From assembly GCF_009914755.1 (NCBI RefSeq), contig NC_060925.1: a stretch of 64,000 bases of DNA; one strand, given 5' to 3'. Source of the stretch: the human T2T-CHM13v2.0 reference genome, Homo sapiens. The notes beneath the pieces are model-generated. The model saw only the letters and a list, made by a program, of their open reading frames with translations, was not told the DNA's origin and searched no databases. The translations under genes were made by a program, and so were the position numbers. Shown piece by piece: positions 57,142 to 64,000 of the stretch (its first letter is position 1; every line of letters starts with the position of its first letter).

Positions 57142-58606
57142 CTCAGTCCTGTTGTTGGATCATCTGCTTGGGGGCTTCTGGCACAGAGAAACTTTGTCCT
57201 CTGGGGCAGTGCACCTTCCAGTGATTGCCTCAGCATAGTGGACTTGGACGAGGGGGTGGCTTGTTTCTCACTGGACAATCTTTTTTAAGGTGTCCTTGCA
57301 AACCACACTGGCAACAAGCCCCAACAGGTGATTGGCCTGCTCTATTTTCTGTCCTCTTTGAACCACCAAAGTTTGTTTGTCTGAGGGTCATGACTAAGGC
57401 TGTGGACTTTCTCTGATCTTGCTTTTCTTTTTGGGCCTGTTGCTCTTGGTCCCTATTATAGAACACCAAGGTTGCCAGTTTAATAATGCCTCCAGATTTT
57501 GTTCAGGGCCCAGGGCTCGCTTTTGGAGCTTTCTCCTGATATCTGCAGCTGATTGTGTAATAAACTTATCTTTCAGGATAAATTGACCCTCTAGTGAGTC
57601 AGGTGACAGGGGAGTATATTTTCTTAAGGCCTCCCATAGCCAATCAAGGAAGGCAGAAGGATTTTCTTTCTTTCCCTGAGTTATGGTAGACATCATTGAA
57701 TAATTCATGGGCTTTTTCCTAATTCTCCTTACTCCTTCTAGAACACAGGTCAACAAATGTTTGCACCAACTCCAGTCCCCATGATCTGAGTCGAGGTCCC
57801 AGTGGGGTTCCATATTGGGGATGGCGTGCTGACCAGTAGGGATTTGTCCCTTTCTTCGGCTGTCATTCTATCATTTACTTGACTAAGATACCAGGTATCT
57901 CCAAACTCTCATGCTGCAGCTAAAGCCACATTCTTTTCTTTAAAGGCCAGGGTTTGATATAACAATAGCATGACATCTCTCCAAGTGAGACAGAAGGTTT
58001 GCCCCAGACCCTGTAGGACAGCTATGTACCTATTGGGATCATCTGAAAACTTCCCCAGGTCTGCCTTGATCTGCTTTAAATCAGAGAGGGAGAAGGGGAC
58101 ATGTACCCAGGTTGGGGCAAATTCCCCTCCCACTACAGCTTGAAGGGGACAAAACTGATAGCCTGGGGATTTTTATGGTCCTTTGGAGATTTCTTTGCTT
58201 GTTTCCTTCTAGGCAGGGGAGATTAAAGGAGGCTTATCATTAATAGGAAGGGGAGCTATAGGGAGGCTAGGATATGGAGGTAAGCTGAGAGGTCCTCCTG
58301 TGGGATGTAAATTACAAGCTTTGCATAGTTGTGGATACTCTTTAAATGAAAAGAAAGCTTGGACATAAGGTATTTCACTCCATTTGCCTTCCCTCTTACA
58401 GAAAAGGTCAAGCTGTAGGTTAGTATTGTAATTTATACTTCTCTCAGGTAACCATTTTTCCCCATCAGAGAGAGAATATTGGGGCCAGGCCATAGTGCAG
58501 AAAAAAAAATGAGTGGCCTCTTTTTCAGGGTTTGAGGGTCAAATTGGTCCCAGTGGCTTCGGATGCATTTCAAGGGTGAGCCTGTTGATGCCTGAGTGTT
58601 TCCTGT
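57142..58606 (-). pseudogene. gag: HERV9 gag remnant
   Basis: GNTQASTGSPLKCI (the expected ATG reads ACA at 58604-58606), VHVPFSLSDLKQIK, MHR ITQGKKENPSAFL, zinc knuckle CCQCGLQGHLKKDC, TGA at 57142-57144; multiple frameshifts. Confidence 0.92.
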
Positions 58607-58737
58607 CTGAAAGACAAAACCACCCGCAGTTTTGGTTTGTTTGTTTTTCCCTCTTGCCCAAGAACCCACAACGGACCCCGGACCCTGCTGATCAGAATAG
58701 TTGTGCTCACCAACGCAGCAGCAGAAACACTAGTTTT

Positions 58738-58893
58738 CCTCCTAGACCACAAGGAGGACTGAGGAATGTCAGATTTAGTGGCCCTTACTGACACATTCTT
58801 GAAAACCTGCACCTTTGCTTGTCCTCCTAGACCACAAGGAGGACTGAGAAAAATCAGATTTAGTGGCCCTTACTGATGCATTCTCGAAAACCT
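58738..58893. repeat. Two-copy tandem repeat (period about 84 bp) in the HERV9 leader
   Basis: CCTCCTAGACCACAAGGAGGACTGAG...CAGATTTAGTGGCCCTTACTGA...GAAAACCTG occurs twice. Confidence 0.9.
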
Positions 58894-59697
58894 GTTAGAG
58901 TCCTAAGCGTTCTCCTGTTAGTATTGGGACCTTACCACTGTCCTGTAAAGAGTTATGCCCCAAAAATGAAGTGGAGGGCCATACCCTGAAGGAGGAAAGG
59001 GATCTCCAGGTTTGGAAGAGTGACACCTTTTGTCCTCACTTGAATAGGAAGGATATTATTTCTGAAGCTCCCTATATCCTAGCTTCAGGAATAACTTTTG
59101 TTAGGCCTGCTAGTCTAAGGATGGATCCTAAAATGCCAGATAGTCCCCCGCCCCAATGGGGCTTTGGGCAAAAATTATGTCTTTCTGATTGGTGAGCCTG
59201 GGTGCCTAAAGAAGGGAATAGAGTTCTGGAGTTTATACTAGAAATCATTCTTATAGGAGAAACTAGAAAAGCAACAGAGACAGGGAGTGGTTTTTAGAAG
59301 CAGGACTAGCCTTGGAGAAGAGAGGCAAGAGGAAGTTTGTCTGACAGGCATCAGTACCCAGGAGGCAAGGGTCAGGAAAGATAGGATAGATGGGTGAAGT
59401 CTCACTTGGGCAACATGACTTTGAGAGTTCTGCTCATGGGTGCAGGGTCAACCAACTTGCTGTTGGGACCCTGGAGCTGAATGGCTTTCCTCTCTGTTGA
59501 CCCTCAGCTCAGCCCAGAAGTACAGGAAAAGAGGAAGCTGGTTCCAGGCAAACCAATGCTCCCAACACCAAAGAGTCGCGGGTTGTTAGAGAGCCCTTTC
59601 CCAGAAAGCCTGACACCCATGTCTTTAGTCCAGTGGCCGCACTAGTCACTTTTAGCTGGCAGACACGTGCCCAGTGTTTAGCCCCCAAATTCTAAGG

Positions 59698-60451
59698 CCA
59701 GAATTGGTTCCTTCCAGTGGGTTCTTGGTCTCGCTGACTTCAAGAATGAAGCTGTGGACCCTGGCGGTGGGTGTTACAGTTCTTAAAGATGGAGTGTGTG
59801 TAGTTTTTTCCTTCAGATGTTCAGATGTGTCCGAAGTTTCTTCCTTCTGGTGGGTTCATGGTCTCTCTGACTTCAGGAGTGAAGCTGCAGGCCTTTGCAG
59901 TGAGTGTTACAGCTCTTAAAGGTGGTACATCTGGAGTTGTTTCTTCCTCCCGGTGGGTTCGTGGTCTCACTGACTTCAGGAATGAAGCCGCAGACTCTTG
60001 TGGTGAGTGTTACAGCTCATAAAGGTAGTGCAGACCCAAAGAGTGAGCAGCAGCAAGATTTATTATGAAGAGCGAAAGAACAAAGCTTCCACAGCGTGGA
60101 AGGGGACCCGAGTGGGTTGCTGCTGCTGGCTTGGGTGGCCAACTTTTATTCCCTTATTTGGCCCTGCCCTCTACCTGCTGATTGGTTCATTTTACAGAGC
60201 GCTGATTGGTCCATTTTACAGAGTGCTGATTGGTCCATTTTTACAGAGTGCTGATTGGTGCGTTTACAAATGTTTAGCTAGACACAGAGTGCTGATTGGT
60301 GTGCTTTTACAGAGTGCTGATTGGTGCATTTGCAATCCTTTAGCTAGACACAGAGCACTGACTGGACTGGTGCATTTACAATCCTCTAGCTAGACAGAAA
60401 AGTTCTCCAAGTCCCCACTTGACCCAGAAGTGCAGCTGGCTTCACCTCTCA
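59698..60451 (-). promoter_or_regulatory. 5' LTR12 (about 754 bp, last few U5 bases missing)
   Basis: Homologous to 53732-54609. CCAAT units at 60175-60375, TATA-like box at 60144-60150, poly(A) signal at 60059-60064. Confidence 0.93.
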
Positions 60452-63228
60452 ATATCACCTGTTTCTTTATTTATGGGGTTATTTAGATTTTCTCTTTTTT
60501 TCTTGGTTAATCTTGCTAATGGTCTATCTATTTTATTTATCTTTTCAAAGAAGCAGCTTTTTGTTTCATTCATCTTTTGTTTTGTTTTTGTTTGTTTCAA
60601 CTTCATATAGTTCTGTTCTGGTCTTGGTTATATCCTTTCTCCTGTTGGGATTGGGTTTGGTTTGTTCTTGTTTCTCCAGTTCCTTGAGGTGTGGCCTTAG
60701 AATGTCAGTTTTTGTTCTTTCAGTCTTTTTGATGTGTGCATTCAGGGCTATGAACTTTCCTCCTCGAACCACCTTTGCTATATCCCAGAGGTTTTGTAGG
60801 TTTTGTCAGTATTGTCATTCAGTTCAAAGAATTTTTTAATTTCTATCTTGATTTTGTTTTTGACCCATTGCTCATTCAGAGCAGGTTATTTAATTTCCAG
60901 GTATTTGCATGGTTTTGAATGTTCCTTTTGGAGTTGATTTCCAGTTTTATTCTAGTGTGGTCTGACAGAGTGCTCGATATAATTTAAATTTTCTTAAATT
61001 TTTTGAGGCTTGTTTTATGGCCTTTCATATGGTTTATTTTGGAGAAAGTTCCATGTGCTGTTGAATAGAATGTGTATTCTGCAGTTGGATAAAATGTTCT
61101 GTATATGTCTGTTAAGTCCATTTGTTTTAAGGTATAGTTTAAATCCATTGTTTCTTTGTTGACTTTCTGTATTGATGAGCTGTCTAGTGCTGTCAGTGGA
61201 GTACTGAAGTCCCCCACTATTATTGTGTTGCTGTCTAACTCATTTCTCAAGTCTATTAAAATTGTTTTATAAATTTGGGGGCTCCAGTGTTAGGTACATA
61301 TATCTTTAGTATTGTGATATTTTCCTGTTGGACAAGGCCTTTTACCGTTATATAATGTCCTTCTTTGTCTCTTTTAACTGCTGTTGCTTTAATGTTTGTT
61401 TTGTCTGATATAAGAATAGCTGCACCTGCCCGCTTTTGGTGTCCATTTGCATGAAATGCCTTTTTCCACCCCTTTAAGTTTAAGTGGGTCCTTATGTGTT
61501 ATGTGAGTCTCCTGAAGGCAGCAAATGGTTGGTGAGTTCTTATCCATTCTGCAGTTCTGTGTCTTTTAAGTGGGATATTTAGGTCATTTGTATTCAGTGT
61601 TAGTATTGAGATATGAGGTACCATTCCATTCATCGTGCTATTTTTTGCCTGTTTGCCTTGTTTTTTTTTTGTTGTTGTTGTTTTGTTTTTGCTTTTTAAA
61701 TTGCACTCTTTATACATCCTGTGTGATTTATGCTTTAAAGAGGTTCTGTTTTGATGAGTTTCCAGGATTTATTTCAAGATTTAGAGCTCCTTTTAGCAGT
61801 TCTTATAGTGGTGGCTTGGTAGTGGCAAATTTTCTCAACATTTGTTTGTCTGAAAAAAGAGTATATCTTTCCTTCATATATGATGCTTAGTTTTGCTGGA
61901 TACAAAATTCTTGGGTGATAATTGTTTTGTTTGAGGAGGCTGAAGATAAAGCCCCAATCCCTTCTACCTTGCAGGGTTTCTACTGAGAAATCTGCTGTTA
62001 ACCTGATAGGTTTTCCATTATAGGTTACTTGGTGCTTTTATCTCACAGCTCGTAAGATTCTTTCCTTCATCTTAACTTATGTAACCTGATGACAATATGC
62101 CTAGGTGATGATCTTTTTGTGATGAATTTCCCAGGTGTTCTTTGTGCTTCTTGTATTTGGATGTTCAGGTCTCTAGCAAGGCTGGGGAAGTTTTCCTCAT
62201 TTATTCTTCCAAATATGTTTTCCAAATTTTAGATTTCTCTTCTTCCTCAGGAATATCAATTATTCTTAGTTTTGGTCATTTAACATAATCCCAGGCTTCT
62301 TGGAGGCTTTGTTCATATTTTCTTATTTAAATGTTGTGCTCTTTGTTGGATTGGGTTAATTCAAAGACCTTATCTTTAGCTCTGAATTTCTTTCTTCTAT
62401 TTGTTCAATTCTATTGCTGAGACTTTCCAGAGCATTTTGCATTTCCATGTGTGTCCGGTGTTTCCTGAAGTTTTGATTATCTTATTTATGTTATTGATTT
62501 CCCGGAATATGTCTCCCTTCACTTCTTCTATCAGTTTTTGGACTGCCTTGCGTTGGACTTTGCCTTTCTCTGGTACATCCCTAATTAGCTCAATAACTAA
62601 CCTCCTGAATTCCTTTTCAGGTAAATCAGGTATTTCTTCTTGGTTTGGATCCATTGCTGGTACTGGAGGTTGTCTTCACAGAGTCTTGTGATGTGAAGTG
62701 AAGTGCCTATGGTTCTCTCAGCCATGGATATCAGCACCTGTTCCAGTGGAGGTGTCAGGGGGTGAAATGGACTCTGTGAGGTGTCTTAGCTTTGGTGGCT
62801 TAATATTCTATTTTTGTACTGGTTGGCCTCCTGCTGGGATGTGGGACTTTCTGGAGAGCATTGGCCATGGTAGTATGGAGAGGAACTGGTGGTAGGTGGG
62901 ACCCTAGAACTCCCAAGAGTTTATGCCCTTTGTCTTCAGCTACCAGGGTGGATAGGGAAGGCCCAACAGGTGGGGGCAGGGCTATTCCTGTCTGAGCTCA
63001 TACTCTCCTTGGGCAGATCTTGCTGCTGCTGAGTATTTGGGGGTATCTCCTGGGTCCTGCAGGAGCAGTCTGCTTCCTTCAGAGGGTCTGTGTGTCCTCT
63101 TGGGATTCCTGGTTTTTTCTGGCAACTGTTCTGGAGCTAAAATTCACAGTGCAAACCTCTGCACGCTGCTCTGTCTGTCTGAGTAGGAGCTGCAATCTAG
63201 TCCTGCCTCCAGTCTGCCATGATGACCC
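60452..63228 (-). mobile_element. L1PB-type LINE-1, 5' part (endonuclease, ORF1, 5'UTR)
   Basis: EN motif NTIIVGDFSTPLTALD and ILTLNTN.LN.PLKRHR; ORF1p MDPNQEEIPDLPEKEFRRLVI; 5' end ATGGCAGACTGGAGGCAGGACTAGATTGCAGCTCC on the minus strand. Confidence 0.92.
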
Positions 63229-63244
63229 ATGATGACCTATCTCC

Positions 63245-63332
63245 CTGAACGATCTGCATGTCTCATTGTTTCGCATTTGATTCTGATGCTGGTGGTCCTA
63301 CCCAGAAAACATACTGAAAGGATCATTGCTCT
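63245..63332. mobile_element. Possible MER5A fragment
   Basis: ATCTGCAT...TGATTCTGATGCTGGTGGTCC...CATACTGAAAGGATCATTG resembles the MER5A end. Confidence 0.35.
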
Positions 63333-64000
63333 AACCATCACTAAAATTGCAGGCCATTATGGTGGCACAGTAAAAGGAGTAGCATTAAAAATTGAAGAAG
63401 TTTGACTAACCCAAATGTGTATTAACTATCCACACACTTCAGCCACTTAAGTTTTACCAGTAAACTCACTTCAATTTAGTATAATTATTTCCACTTTCAG
63501 ATTTCTCACAATAGCTATAAAATGACAAATTTCACGACTAGAAAAAGGAAACAGAGTTGATAGCCTTTTCTAACACTGATATGTAGACCCTTGAGGTGTT
63601 TTTATATTAAAATAGTGATAAAAGCCCTACTCTTATTACTATAAATTATGGATAAATTAACATCCATATTCATTTATATTTAAGCAAGTTAGAACTAGGT
63701 CTACCTGAAGACCTGAAAATATTTTATTTTAATAACTGGCCATCATAATTTTTTGATATGTTTTAAATAGAAGTGGTGCTTTTTAATTTGGACTTTAGCA
63801 TAATATAGACATGTTGAATTTATGCATTTTAAATTATATACTTAGTAATAAAGATTTTGGTTACTGAAAGTTACTCCAAAAATGAGTTAAGATACTTATA
63901 AAGGTGTTTGAAAAATAAGTCTTGGTTGCCTTTTATATACAAATTCACATAAATTACCAAAAATTTAAATGTAAGACATTTCTGTTTATATTTTAAAAGC

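Larger units (their letters stand above)
53732..60451 (-). mobile_element. Defective HERV9 (ERV9) provirus with two LTR12 LTRs, 6720 bp
   Basis: TG...CA ends (minus strand starts TGAGAGGTGAAGCCAGCTG). 4-bp TSD ATAT at 53728-53731 and 60452-60455. Gag-pro-RNaseH-env remnants in order, with a PPT before the 3' LTR. Confidence 0.95.

Overview
This is AT-rich, CpG-depleted primate (most likely human) genomic DNA, intergenic or deep intronic. More than half of it is transposable-element sequence. I found no supportable intact protein-coding gene, RNA gene or CRISPR array; the ORF track is almost all decayed L1, Alu and ERV frames or chance ORFs. The main element is a 6.7-kb defective HERV9/LTR12 provirus (minus strand, 53732-60451, ATAT target-site duplication) inserted into an L1PB. 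It has lost RT, integrase, most of SU and its PBS, and its two LTRs carry different numbers of CCAAT enhancer units. The rest is nested L1PB/L1MA/L1MB/L1MC copies, Alu/FLAM SINEs with readable TSDs, MaLR, ERVL and ERV1 LTRs, MER DNA transposons, L2/MIR relics and microsatellites. The least expected signal is a series of junctions inside old repeats that are patched with short direct or inverted copies of nearby sequence (about 5.8, 9.1, 10.0, 21.3, 24.6 and 31.1 kb). These look like fossil templated-insertion repair scars. I do not see a clearly new biological system. Repeat subfamily names are from memory of consensus sequences and need RepeatMasker/Dfam confirmation, and boundaries of old elements are approximate.
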